64,000 nucleotides of DNA from a bacterium (GTDB lineage: Bacteria > SAR324 > XYD2-FULL-50-16 > G965216635), in contig OZ253454.1 in the NCBI GenBank assembly GCA_965261475.1, positions 1,378,001-1,442,000 of the forward strand, read 5' to 3'. The notes beneath the pieces are model-generated. The model did no database searches. It was not told the DNA's origin and was given only the letters and a program-made list of their open reading frames with translations. Position numbers and translations under genes: made by a program. Below are positions 20,644-30,917 of the stretch, one piece after another. Positions within the stretch are counted from its first letter, which is position 1. Each line of letters begins with the position of its first letter.

Positions 20644-23154
20644 ATGCAAGAGATACAAGTTGGTAAGAAAACAATCAATCTTTTAGAAGCAGATGAATTC
20701 CAGCTAGATTATAAAAAAGAAAAAAGAAAAAAAATTATTAAAAATAAATACATACTAGCATTTGCTGTTTGTGTGATTATCTTTTTGCTCATTCCAAAAT
20801 TTAATTTTATCAATAATGCTCCAAAAATAGGTGATTTAATCACAAAAGACATTGTCGCAGAAACTAATGTTTTATTAAAAGATAAAGACGCTACAAAATT
20901 TAAAATAAAAAAAAGCTTAAGCAATTTAAGCGTTTTCTTAGACTATGATCCTTTAGCTTATCAAAAATTAATTGAAAAAGTGCGCTCTTCTTTTAGTATT
21001 TTTTTAATAAAAAATGCAGAGATTAGAAAACAAGAAATAAAATTCCAAGAAGAAAAATATCAGTTAGCAATAAACAACTTCTGGAATTTACAAAATATAG
21101 AAAAACTAAAAAACGCAAAACTAATTTATAAAAAGTATTTGAGTTTTTTAAAAGATAAAAATCAGATAAATAATATCTATTCATTACCAAACGCAAACTC
21201 TTTGCAGAACAAAGAAAATACCTTAAAACAAGAAAGACAAAAACTTGATGAAGTGCTTATAAAAACGAAGGTACAAGATAAAGAATTTACGAAAAATATC
21301 TCAATAAATTACGACAATAATTTAGGAAAATTTTTTCAAGAATTAAGATTAAATTTTGATCAAGAAATTTTTACCTTACTGCAACAAATAACCGATTATG
21401 AACTTTTTTTTAATAGATTGATTGCAATCTTAATAGAGTTTGATCGCTCTTTTATTTTAAACTCTAAAGATATATTGCAAGCTAATTTAAATAAAGAAAT
21501 TCAAATTTTTAATTTAGAAACCAATGCACCTATTGCCAATTCTGATAGAGTAAATTTTCTTGATCTTAAAGAAGTCGATCAAATTATTAAAAAATATATA
21601 GAGCAAAATTTTAAAGAATCTACACACCTAAACCTTGCTCTATATTTGTTAGCAAAAAAACTACTAATTCCTACCAGCTTTGAAAACAAACAAAAACTAG
21701 AAGCCCAACGGAAAATTATTACCAGTGAAAGCAATTCTGTTTTTATTAACATTGCCAAAGGAACAGTGTTGGTAAAAAAAGGTAATATTTTAGGAAAAGA
21801 TCAAAGTGATATTATTACCAACTATTACAATAATCTAAATCAAGGAAAAGGTATTTTTTATACCATAGGAATAATATCCTTAATACTTTTAATTATTCTG
21901 ATAATTTTTATTACCTTAAAAATAGAAAGAAAATCTGTAGATATTTTTTATGAAAATTTTGTAATCTTGCTGTGCTCAGTCGCAACCGGATTGATTATTA
22001 TTTCTTTTGTAAAAGGAATGTTGAATGAGTTTTCTGTCAACCTCTCTCTTTTTTCTTTATCTGGCTACATTTATGCCTTGCCTATTACCATAAGCGCTAT
22101 GCTCGGAAGTAGTTTAGTTAATTTTAGGACAAATATGTTTAACGTTTTTCTTACAGCACTCTGTATTACTTTTTATTTAGAAGAAGCCTTTTTATTTTTT
22201 ATTTATTGCTGGTTAAGCGCAAGCTTTACTTGTATGATCTTCGTTAATTTAAATACTAGGTTTGATTTGTTAAAAAAAGGAGCAATAACTGCGATGATCA
22301 ATATGTTGATCTTATTTGTATTAGAATTATTAAAAGATCCGAGCAACATTTCTATAGATATATTGCAATCTGTTTTATTTGCTTTTATGGGAGGAATGTT
22401 ATCAACTATTTTGAATATTATTTTGCTACCTTTATTTGAGCAAATATTTGGAATCAGCACCCAGTTAAAACTACTAGAGTTATCCAACCTCAACCATCCA
22501 TTGTTAAAATTATTACAAAATAGATGCTTAGGGACCTATCAACATTCCATATTGGTAGGTAGTTTAGCAGAAGCAGGAGCACAAAAAATTGGTAGCAATT
22601 CCTTATTAGTAAAAATTGGAGCTTACTATCATGACATAGGAAAAGCAGTAGAGCCTCAATATTTTAATGAAAATTACCACGAAAATGAAAAATCTATCCA
22701 TGATGATCTTCCCCCGCAAGAGTCAGCAAAGAAAATTATCAATCATATTGTTTATGGTATTCAATTTTCTAAAAAATTTAAACTTGGACAAAGTATTACA
22801 GAATTTATTATGGAGCACCACGGAAATTCTACCATTCAATTTTTTTACAATAAAGCCTGCAGACAAAAAGGAGAACAGGTTGTAAAAAAAGAATTTTGTT
22901 ATCCTATGCCACGTCCAAGAAGCATAGAAACTGCTGTGATAATGTTAGCAGATAGCTCAGAAGTTACAGTGCGTTCTTTAAAAAAAACTGACAAACACAG
23001 TATTACAAAAACTATCAATGATGTTTTTCAATATATTACAGATAATCAGCAATTAGATTTATCAGGGATTAGTATTAAGCAAATACGAATACTAAAATCT
23101 GTATTTATTGATATTTTAGTTTCTTTAAATCACAATCGAGCATTAGGTAAATAA
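20644..23154 (+). CDS. 7TM receptor with intracellular HD hydrolase domain (PgpH/YqfF-like putative cyclic-dinucleotide phosphodiesterase)
   Basis: 836 aa: N-terminal TM anchor, roughly 350-aa Lys/Asn-rich extracytoplasmic region, seven hydrophobic helices (about residues 400-620), C-terminal HD domain (HSILVGSLAE...YYHDIGKA...MEHHG). Confidence 0.65.
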   Translation: MQEIQVGKKTINLLEADEFQLDYKKEKRKKIIKNKYILAFAVCVIIFLLIPKFNFINNAPKIGDLITKDIVAETNVLLKDKDATKFKIKKSLSNLSVFLDYDPLAYQKLIEKVRSSFSIFLIKNAEIRKQEIKFQEEKYQLAINNFWNLQNIEKLKNAKLIYKKYLSFLKDKNQINNIYSLPNANSLQNKENTLKQERQKLDEVLIKTKVQDKEFTKNISINYDNNLGKFFQELRLNFDQEIFTLLQQITDYELFFNRLIAILIEFDRSFILNSKDILQANLNKEIQIFNLETNAPIANSDRVNFLDLKEVDQIIKKYIEQNFKESTHLNLALYLLAKKLLIPTSFENKQKLEAQRKIITSESNSVFINIAKGTVLVKKGNILGKDQSDIITNYYNNLNQGKGIFYTIGIISLILLIILIIFITLKIERKSVDIFYENFVILLCSVATGLIIISFVKGMLNEFSVNLSLFSLSGYIYALPITISAMLGSSLVNFRTNMFNVFLTALCITFYLEEAFLFFIYCWLSASFTCMIFVNLNTRFDLLKKGAITAMINMLILFVLELLKDPSNISIDILQSVLFAFMGGMLSTILNIILLPLFEQIFGISTQLKLLELSNLNHPLLKLLQNRCLGTYQHSILVGSLAEAGAQKIGSNSLLVKIGAYYHDIGKAVEPQYFNENYHENEKSIHDDLPPQESAKKIINHIVYGIQFSKKFKLGQSITEFIMEHHGNSTIQFFYNKACRQKGEQVVKKEFCYPMPRPRSIETAVIMLADSSEVTVRSLKKTDKHSITKTINDVFQYITDNQQLDLSGISIKQIRILKSVFIDILVSLNHNRALGK

Positions 23155-23442
23155 ACGCATAGTGTAATAAATTTGAATTATTTGTTATAAAGGTCATATC
23201 ATAAAAAATAACCTAACTTTTTTGTAGCTAATACGTAATTTTCCCCTTATTTTTACTGAACTATGAATATTATTCAATATAATAAATATGAATTTTTGTT
23301 AAAAAATAATATTAATTTTTAAATATGGAATAGTGGTTGCTTTCATTTAAGATACTGTTGCAAAAACAACCTTTATTAAAATTAACTTAACTAACAAATA
23401 TTTTGTAACTTATAGAAAACCCAAAAATTATTTTTAATTTAT

Positions 23443-24966
23443 ATGCTTTACCGCTGTTGTTACTTACTGTTATTCATTGTTATATTACCAAATAACATAT
23501 TAGCTAAAATCAAGATAGATAACTTCTATCATAGAGATTTTGTTAATCAAAAAAAGAGCAATACTCTTTTTCTAGATGCTAGGTCACCTCAAGAATACCA
23601 AAACGAAACTTTGTTGTTATACAATCAAAAAAAATTATTATATCCCCAAATTTATGATTTACTTCCTACATTAAAACAGGAACAGCTGTCTCAAGCTCTT
23701 AGAGTGCAAAACTCGAATAGCGAAGAGAGGTTGATTAGTCTAGAAAAACGAATTTTTCAGCATATTGCAACAAACCTATCCAATCAAATTGAGGCAATAA
23801 AAACTAGTAAAAATAAAAAATACATTATGGCACCACACAACGATGTTGCAATCAGTGTCAATCAAAAAAAAATAGATATTTTTATCAATTTTTATACGCA
23901 CAAAAAAAGAAAGATATTTTTAACAGGATTAAAAAGAGCTCCTAAATATTACAAAATGGTTGATAGAATCTTCAAAGAATACGGATTACCTCACGATCTT
24001 TTCTATCTTGCAATGGTAGAATCTAACTTTAACCAAAAAGCTATTTCTAAAGCTAGCGCAGTTGGTCTATGGCAATTTATGGCAAAAACAGGAAAGAGCT
24101 ACGGCATGACATATAGCTGGTGGCATGATGATCGACTAGATGCTGAAAAACTCACACATACCGCAGCAAAATTTTTAAAAACATTATACACAAAATACAA
24201 AGACTGGTCTTTAGTGCTAGCAGCTTACAATAGCGGAATAGGTACTGTAAATAGGGCAATCGCTAAAAATAAAAAACTTGGAAAACCCACAGATTATTGG
24301 TCTCTAAAACTTCCGAAAGAAACAGAAAACTATGTCCCTGTTTTTCTTGCTGTGATACATATTTTTAACAATTTAGAATACTATAATTTTCCTATTCCCC
24401 AAAAACTTGAAGAATGGAAAAAATATAAAATTGTACATGTTAGCCCAAGTGTTTCTTTTGCGCAAATTAGCAAAAAGACCGCCTTAAATGTGGTAGAACT
24501 ACAAAATTTTAACCCATCACTAAAATATTCTATCACGCCTTATAGCAAGTCAAAATACCCCCTAAAAGTTCCGATATATAGCCAAATTAACAAACAACAG
24601 CTAGCTAGCTTAACACCAGATATTGCTCAAGGTTTTATTACTCATCGTATCACAAGAGGAGATAATCTATGGAATATCTCTAGAAAATACCAAACTTCTT
24701 TAAAAAATATTTACCTTAGTAACCCTGTTTTAAATGCTAATAAATACCTCAGACCAGGTCAAAAAATAATTATTCCAATTGCTACTAGCTCACCAAAAAA
24801 ACTACAAATAACTACAGATAACAAGGTGTATGTTGTCCGCAAAGGAGATTCTTTATGGTCTATTGCTAAAAAATATAGAGTAAGTATCAAACATCTAATC
24901 AAAAAAAACTATCATCTTAGCTCTACAAAAGACATTATTAGAATTGGCGTAAAAATAAAGATCTAA
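23443..24966 (+). CDS. Membrane-bound lytic murein transglycosylase (MltD-like) with C-terminal LysM repeats
   Basis: 507 aa; signal peptide; SLT catalytic segment (ESNFNQKAISKASAVGLWQFM...AAYNSG) and two LysM-like repeats (ITRGDNLWNISRKY, VVRKGDSLWSIAKKY). Confidence 0.7.
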   Translation: MLYRCCYLLLFIVILPNNILAKIKIDNFYHRDFVNQKKSNTLFLDARSPQEYQNETLLLYNQKKLLYPQIYDLLPTLKQEQLSQALRVQNSNSEERLISLEKRIFQHIATNLSNQIEAIKTSKNKKYIMAPHNDVAISVNQKKIDIFINFYTHKKRKIFLTGLKRAPKYYKMVDRIFKEYGLPHDLFYLAMVESNFNQKAISKASAVGLWQFMAKTGKSYGMTYSWWHDDRLDAEKLTHTAAKFLKTLYTKYKDWSLVLAAYNSGIGTVNRAIAKNKKLGKPTDYWSLKLPKETENYVPVFLAVIHIFNNLEYYNFPIPQKLEEWKKYKIVHVSPSVSFAQISKKTALNVVELQNFNPSLKYSITPYSKSKYPLKVPIYSQINKQQLASLTPDIAQGFITHRITRGDNLWNISRKYQTSLKNIYLSNPVLNANKYLRPGQKIIIPIATSSPKKLQITTDNKVYVVRKGDSLWSIAKKYRVSIKHLIKKNYHLSSTKDIIRIGVKIKI

Positions 24967-25079
24967 ATTCTACGTTTTTAACTCTAGAGAGGTTTTGAAT
25001 ACAGTAAGACCTGCTATAAGGATATTATAATGACAACAGTGCTACTACTGTCAAATCAGGATTGGTTTGAGAGCTTGTC

Positions 25080-26402
25080 TTAATACCTATAGGTATCTGG
25101 TTTAAAAGGACCTGCTGAGCAAATACCAAGATAATCTGTTTGCTTTTGATTGAGTATATCTAGTTTGACACCTATTTGCGCTAGGTGCAATCTCGCAACC
25201 TTTTCATCTAGCTTTTTAGACAGAGTATAAACTTTATTTGTTAGATTTTTATAATTTTGCCAAATCTCTATTTGAGCTAATACTTGGTTGCAAAAACTAT
25301 TAGACATCACAAAGCTAGGATGACCCGTAGCACAACCTAGGTTAACCAACCTGCCTTCAGCAAGCAAAGTAATAACTTTGCCGTTTGCATAGTAAAATCT
25401 GTCAACTTGTGGTTTTATATTTTCTTTGGTAATAGAGCTATCACTCAATAAGGCAGATACCTGTATTTCTAAATCAAAGTGTCCAATATTACAAACAATC
25501 GCTTCTGTAGGCATTTGATCTAAATGCTCTTTGGTAATAACATCACAACAACCTGTTGTAGTGATAAAAATATTGCCTATTTTACAAGCATCATCCATTT
25601 GCATAACCTGATAACCTTCCATAGCAGCCTGTAGAGCACAAATAGGGTCTATTTCTGTTACAATCACCCTAGCTCCCATTCCTTCTAAAGAAGCTACACA
25701 ACCTTTACCTACATCTCCAAACCCAGCTACTATAGCTACCTTGCCCGCAATCATTACATCTGTTGCTCTTTTAATACCATCTAGTAAAGATTCTCTACAA
25801 CCGTAAAGGTTATCAAATTTAGATTTAGTAACCGAATTATTAACGTCAAAAGCTGGAATTTTTAATTCATTTTTTTTTGTCATCTGATGTAGTCTATGAA
25901 CACCTGTGGTAGTCTCCTCTGATACTCCTTTGATCTTTGATAGCAAATCTGGTCGTTTTTGATGTACAAAAGCAGTAAGATCGCCTCCATCATCCAATAA
26001 AATATTAGGCCCACCATCAGCCCAGTTTAAGCTTTGCTCTAAACACCACCAATATTCTCTTTCTGTTTCTCCCTTCCAAGCAAACACAGGAATATTTTTG
26101 GCGGCTATAGCAGCAGCAGCGTGATCTTGAGTAGATAAAATGTTACAAGATGCCCAGCGTACTTGTGCTCCTAATGTCATTAAAGTTTCTATTAAAACAG
26201 CTGTTTGAATTGTCATGTGCAAAGAGCCTGTAATTCTTGCTCCTTTTAGAGGCTGTTCTTGCACATAATCTTCAGCAAGACTAACTAGTCCTGGCATTTC
26301 TGCACGCGCAATTTCTATGTCTTTTTTGCCACATGTAGCTAAAGAAATATCAGCTACTTTATAATCTTGAAAATTATTTTTAATTTTTAAATTCATACCC
26401 AT
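25080..26402 (-). CDS. ahcY: Adenosylhomocysteinase (S-adenosyl-L-homocysteine hydrolase)
   Basis: 440 aa; conserved AhcY N-terminal motifs and NAD-binding [10 protein letters not shown]. Confidence 0.85.
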   Translation of the reverse strand: MGMNLKIKNNFQDYKVADISLATCGKKDIEIARAEMPGLVSLAEDYVQEQPLKGARITGSLHMTIQTAVLIETLMTLGAQVRWASCNILSTQDHAAAAIAAKNIPVFAWKGETEREYWWCLEQSLNWADGGPNILLDDGGDLTAFVHQKRPDLLSKIKGVSEETTTGVHRLHQMTKKNELKIPAFDVNNSVTKSKFDNLYGCRESLLDGIKRATDVMIAGKVAIVAGFGDVGKGCVASLEGMGARVIVTEIDPICALQAAMEGYQVMQMDDACKIGNIFITTTGCCDVITKEHLDQMPTEAIVCNIGHFDLEIQVSALLSDSSITKENIKPQVDRFYYANGKVITLLAEGRLVNLGCATGHPSFVMSNSFCNQVLAQIEIWQNYKNLTNKVYTLSKKLDEKVARLHLAQIGVKLDILNQKQTDYLGICSAGPFKPDTYRY

Positions 26403-26414
26403 ATGTTTATTTTA

Positions 26415-26765
26415 TTAAACATTTTTACCTAATTTACTTCCTATAAAAGCTCCTATTACTGGAATAAAAGACGATACCAAACATAAAACAACAGGTTGTA
26501 GCCAAAAATTTAAATAATAGAAAAAAATATAAACCCAAGGAATGACTATAATATATCCACTATAAATATAAATTTTATGATATAAACTCCTTGCACTATA
26601 AATAAAATAAACTAAAAAGGCAGAAGAAATAATACCAACAACACTATAGATAAAAAAATTCGTTATGTATTCTGATTTTGTTAAACTATTTTGTATTTGC
26701 AAAACAAAAATAGTTAGTAAAGGCCAAGCTAAAGCTACAAAAAAAAAAAGAAAAATCTTAATCAT
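26415..26765 (-). CDS. Hypothetical small membrane protein directly downstream of rpoC
   Basis: 116 aa, 3-4 hydrophobic helices; starts 5 bp after the rpoC stop on the same strand. Confidence 0.3.
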   Translation of the reverse strand: MIKIFLFFFVALAWPLLTIFVLQIQNSLTKSEYITNFFIYSVVGIISSAFLVYFIYSARSLYHKIYIYSGYIIVIPWVYIFFYYLNFWLQPVVLCLVSSFIPVIGAFIGSKLGKNV

Positions 26766-26770
26766 TTATG

Positions 26771-29700
26771 TTAGTCTACTGTTTCTTCGGAAATAAATTT
26801 TTTATCTGTAATATATTTTGCTTCCGTATAATCTGTTTGTGCCATGTTGTCTACAATCTCATAATCATGCTCTTTAGTATTATAATGAAAACCAGTTCCT
26901 ACTGGAATTAAACGACCTAAAATAACATTTTCTTTTGGTCCTCTAAAATAATCAATTTTACCTTCAGCAGCGCTAGCAGTAAGTACTTTTGTAGTTTCCT
27001 GAAAGGAAGCTGCAGAAATAAAAGATTCTGTACTCAAAGATGCCTGCATAATACCAAGCAGCACTGGCTTTGCTTCCGCTTTTCTTTTTCCCTCAGATTC
27101 CAATCTCTTATTCTCCGCTCCAAATAAGTGTTTAAATATTTTTTTACCTTCTAGAAAGTTAGAATCTCCTGTTTCTGTAATTTCTACTTTTTTTAGCATA
27201 TGCGTTACAATAACCTCTACATGTTTATCGTTGATTTTTACACCTTGCATTCTATAGATTTCTAGCACTTCATTTACTAAATATCGTTGCAGAGCGACTA
27301 ACCCTTTAATTTTCAATATATCATGAGGATTTTGCACTCCGTCGGTTAAAAGATCCCCTGCTTTGATAATCTCGTCATCCAGGACACGGATAAAATCTCC
27401 TCGATTGATTAAATAGCTCTTTGATTCGCCCACATCAGGATGAATAATAATTTTCTTTTTTCTACGTGCATTCTCTCCAATCTCTACTTTTCCTGAAATT
27501 TCTGATATTTGACAAGGATTTTTAGGAACGCGTGCCTCAAATAAATCAACAACTCTAGGCAAGCCACCTGTAATATCTTTGGTTTTAGCAGATTCCCTAG
27601 GAATTTTAGCTAAAATATCGCCTGCTTTAATTTTATCGCCGTCTCTTACTACTAGTTCAGAACGCACAGGTAAATCAAAATCTTTACGCCAACTCCCATC
27701 TTTTTTAACCACTCTTTTTCCTTTATCATCAACAAGTCTAATAGATGGTTTTAAATCATATTCATAATTTTCTACAATTACCGCTCTAGAAATTCCTGTA
27801 TTATCGTCTGTTTCTACAACCATACTTTTGTTTTCTATAATATCACAAAATTGTACTATACCAACTTCATTAGAAAGAATAGGTACAGAAAATGGATCCC
27901 ATTCAGAAATAGTATCTCCTATTTTTATCTCATCGTTGTGTTTAAAAAATATTTTTGCACCTAATGGTAATTTTAACCTATCTACATCGTAACCTTCATC
28001 ATTAACAATACTGACCTCTGAATTTTGATCTACCACAACTTGTACATTATCTTTGTTGATTACAGTATTAACTTTATCTAGAATAATTTTACCTGGTTTT
28101 TGACAATCCCAAGAAGTTTCTTCAATTTTACTAGAGGCAGTCCCTCCAATATGAAATGTGCGCATAGTTAATTGAGTACCAGGCTCCCCAATAGATTGAG
28201 CGGCAATAATTCCTACAGCCTCACCGATGCTAACCATTTTACCTCTTGCTAAATCTCTGCCGTAACACAACACACAAAACCCTCTTTCAGCCTCACATGT
28301 CAATGGAGAACGTACAGCTACAGAAGTTATTAACGATTTATCAATAGCAACTATATTATTTTCATCAAACATAGTACCTTGTTTTACTAACAATTCTTTG
28401 GTGTAAGGATGTAACACATCCTCAGCAGCAATTCTTCCCAAAATTCTTTCTCCTATTCTTTCAATAATTTCTCCATTTTCTATTAAAGCTTCTATAATAA
28501 ATTTATTGCTTGTACCACAATCTCTAACACTAATCACGCTATCTTGAGCAACATCTACAAGTTTTCTTGTCAAATATCCAGAACGCGCAGTTTTTAAAGC
28601 TGTATCTGCTAATCCTTTTCTTGCTCCATGTGTAGAAATAAAATACTGCTGAGAATTTAAACCTTCTCTAAAATTTACAGTGATTGGAGTCTCAATAATT
28701 GCTCCACTAGGCTTTGCCATCAATCCTCTCATTCCGCAAAGCTGTTTGTTTTGATTAGTACTACCTCTTGCTCCAGAATCTGCCATAGCAAAAATAGGAT
28801 TCATTTGCATCATACCGTCTACTTCTCTTTCTTTAGATAAAATATCTAACATTCGATTTGCAATATCTTCCGTAGTCAAAGACCATAAATTAATTACCCT
28901 ATTATACCTTTCATTATCTGTAATAATACCCTCTTCGTGCTGTCTTTGAATTTTGAGTACTTCTTTTTCTGTTTTCTTCACAAGTTTGTCTTTTTCGCTT
29001 GGAATAGTCATATCTGTAATAGCTATTGAGAAGCCTGCTATCGTAGCATATTTAAAGCCTAAATCCTTAAGTTTATCTAATATATCTACTGTAACTACAT
29101 TACCTGCAAAACGATAACAAAGGTCCACAAGATTTTCGATATCTTTTTGCTTGAGCACCTTATTAATTGTTTCAAAACTTATACTCTTAGGAAAAACATC
29201 GTATAAAATCACTCTACCAGCTGTAGTGTCATAAATTTTATCTTCAATACGGACTTTAATTATTGCTTGTAAATCAACAAACTCATGTTCATAAGCTGCA
29301 ATGACTTGTAAAATACTAGAAAATATTTTTCCTTCACCTTTTCTTTTCGGAAAACTTTTAGACATCCAATAAATACCTAAAACCATATCTTTTGTTGGTA
29401 TCATAATAGGCTTGCCAGTAGCTGGTGATAAAATATTATTATGCGCCATCATTAACATTTTAGCTTCTGTTTGAGCTTCTATACTCAATGGAATATGAAC
29501 TGCCATTTGATCGCCATCAAAATCCGCATTAAAAGCAGTACAAACCAAAGGGTGTAATTGAATTGCTTTTTCTGCAATTAGCTTAATCTCAAAAGCTTGA
29601 ATTCCTAGACGATGCAAAGTAGGAGCTCTGTTTAGTAGCACAGGATAGCCTCTAGTAACATTTTCTAACGCTTTCCAAATTAGTGGATCATCTGTCTCCA

Positions 29701-30889
29701 ACATTCTCTTAGCTGCTCTAATAGTAGACGCATAGTCGTGATTTAGTAAATAACCTAGTACAAACGGCTTAAATAACTCTAAAGCCATTTTTTTAGGAAT
29801 ACCACATTCGTTAAGTTTTAAATTAGGTCCTACAACTATGACAGTTCTTGCTGAATAATCCACTCGTTTACCTAGTAAATTTTGCCTAAATCTACCATAT
29901 TTACCTCGTAAATTATCACTCAAAGATTTTAGAGGTCTGCCGTTAGCACCCAAAATAGCCCTAGCACTACGAGTATTATCAAATAAAGAATCTACAGATT
30001 CCTGTAACATTCTTTTTTCGTTTTTTACAATAATATCAGGTGCATTTAACTCTATCAATCGTTTGAGACGATTATTTCTATGAATCACTCTACGATACAA
30101 ATCATTCAAATCACTAGTTGCAAATTTTCCTCCGTCTAACGCCACCAGAGGGCGTAAATCAGGGCTAATTACTGGCAGAACAGTTAAAATCATATTCGAC
30201 ATTTTCCCTCCAGATCTACGAAAAGAATCTAAAACTTCAAACCTTCTTGTAAAGTTTTTTCTTTTCATTTCTGATTTACATTCTTTAATTTCTATTTTGA
30301 GTTGCTCAATTATCTGCTCAATATCAAGATTATCTAGAGTTTCTTTAATAGCTTCTGCGCCCATTCCAGCTTCAAGATCTTCGTCTGCATAGTCATGTTT
30401 TTCATAATCTTCTTTACTAATTAACTCTCCGATCTTTAGAGAAGTGCTTCCTGCATCAAAAACAATATAAGATTCAAAATGCAAAACTAACTCTACATCC
30501 TTCAGGCTTAAATCTAGAGCTATCGCTAGTAAACTAGGTGCTCTTTTTAAAAACCAGCTATGAGCAATAGGTACACAAAGATTGATATGACCCAATCTTT
30601 CTCTACGTACCTTAGACTCAATAACTTGTACACCACACTTTTCACAAGTAATGTCTCGGTGCTTCATTTTCTTATATTTTCCACAAACACACTCGTAATC
30701 CACTACGGGACCAAAAATTCTTCCACAAAATAAACCATCTCTTTCTGGTTTATTTGTTCTATAATTGATAGTTTCAGAATTCTTTACTTCTCCGTGAGAC
30801 CACTCCAAAATTTTTTCTGCAGAAACCAAATAAAGTTTTGCCGAATTATAAAACTGGGGGTCATCTTTTTCACTAAATGTTTTTTTCAA
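26771..30889 (-). CDS. rpoC: DNA-directed RNA polymerase subunit beta'
   Basis: 1372 aa; N-terminal zinc-binding region (CVCGKY...CEKCGV), NADFDGD active site and the rest of the conserved beta' core. Confidence 0.95.
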   Translation of the reverse strand: MKKTFSEKDDPQFYNSAKLYLVSAEKILEWSHGEVKNSETINYRTNKPERDGLFCGRIFGPVVDYECVCGKYKKMKHRDITCEKCGVQVIESKVRRERLGHINLCVPIAHSWFLKRAPSLLAIALDLSLKDVELVLHFESYIVFDAGSTSLKIGELISKEDYEKHDYADEDLEAGMGAEAIKETLDNLDIEQIIEQLKIEIKECKSEMKRKNFTRRFEVLDSFRRSGGKMSNMILTVLPVISPDLRPLVALDGGKFATSDLNDLYRRVIHRNNRLKRLIELNAPDIIVKNEKRMLQESVDSLFDNTRSARAILGANGRPLKSLSDNLRGKYGRFRQNLLGKRVDYSARTVIVVGPNLKLNECGIPKKMALELFKPFVLGYLLNHDYASTIRAAKRMLETDDPLIWKALENVTRGYPVLLNRAPTLHRLGIQAFEIKLIAEKAIQLHPLVCTAFNADFDGDQMAVHIPLSIEAQTEAKMLMMAHNNILSPATGKPIMIPTKDMVLGIYWMSKSFPKRKGEGKIFSSILQVIAAYEHEFVDLQAIIKVRIEDKIYDTTAGRVILYDVFPKSISFETINKVLKQKDIENLVDLCYRFAGNVVTVDILDKLKDLGFKYATIAGFSIAITDMTIPSEKDKLVKKTEKEVLKIQRQHEEGIITDNERYNRVINLWSLTTEDIANRMLDILSKEREVDGMMQMNPIFAMADSGARGSTNQNKQLCGMRGLMAKPSGAIIETPITVNFREGLNSQQYFISTHGARKGLADTALKTARSGYLTRKLVDVAQDSVISVRDCGTSNKFIIEALIENGEIIERIGERILGRIAAEDVLHPYTKELLVKQGTMFDENNIVAIDKSLITSVAVRSPLTCEAERGFCVLCYGRDLARGKMVSIGEAVGIIAAQSIGEPGTQLTMRTFHIGGTASSKIEETSWDCQKPGKIILDKVNTVINKDNVQVVVDQNSEVSIVNDEGYDVDRLKLPLGAKIFFKHNDEIKIGDTISEWDPFSVPILSNEVGIVQFCDIIENKSMVVETDDNTGISRAVIVENYEYDLKPSIRLVDDKGKRVVKKDGSWRKDFDLPVRSELVVRDGDKIKAGDILAKIPRESAKTKDITGGLPRVVDLFEARVPKNPCQISEISGKVEIGENARRKKKIIIHPDVGESKSYLINRGDFIRVLDDEIIKAGDLLTDGVQNPHDILKIKGLVALQRYLVNEVLEIYRMQGVKINDKHVEVIVTHMLKKVEITETGDSNFLEGKKIFKHLFGAENKRLESEGKRKAEAKPVLLGIMQASLSTESFISAASFQETTKVLTASAAEGKIDYFRGPKENVILGRLIPVGTGFHYNTKEHDYEIVDNMAQTDYTEAKYITDKKFISEETVD

Positions 30890-30917
30890 CTTATACTCCC
30901 TAAATAAAATTAAACAA

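Noticed and set aside
23155-23442. Longest intergenic gap (288 bp), examined for a small RNA gene (tRNA, tmRNA, SRP or RNase P RNA)
   Set aside because: No GTTCRANYC T-loop motif, no conserved SRP or RNase P motifs, no stable GC-rich helices; consistent with an AT-rich promoter region for the MltD-like gene.
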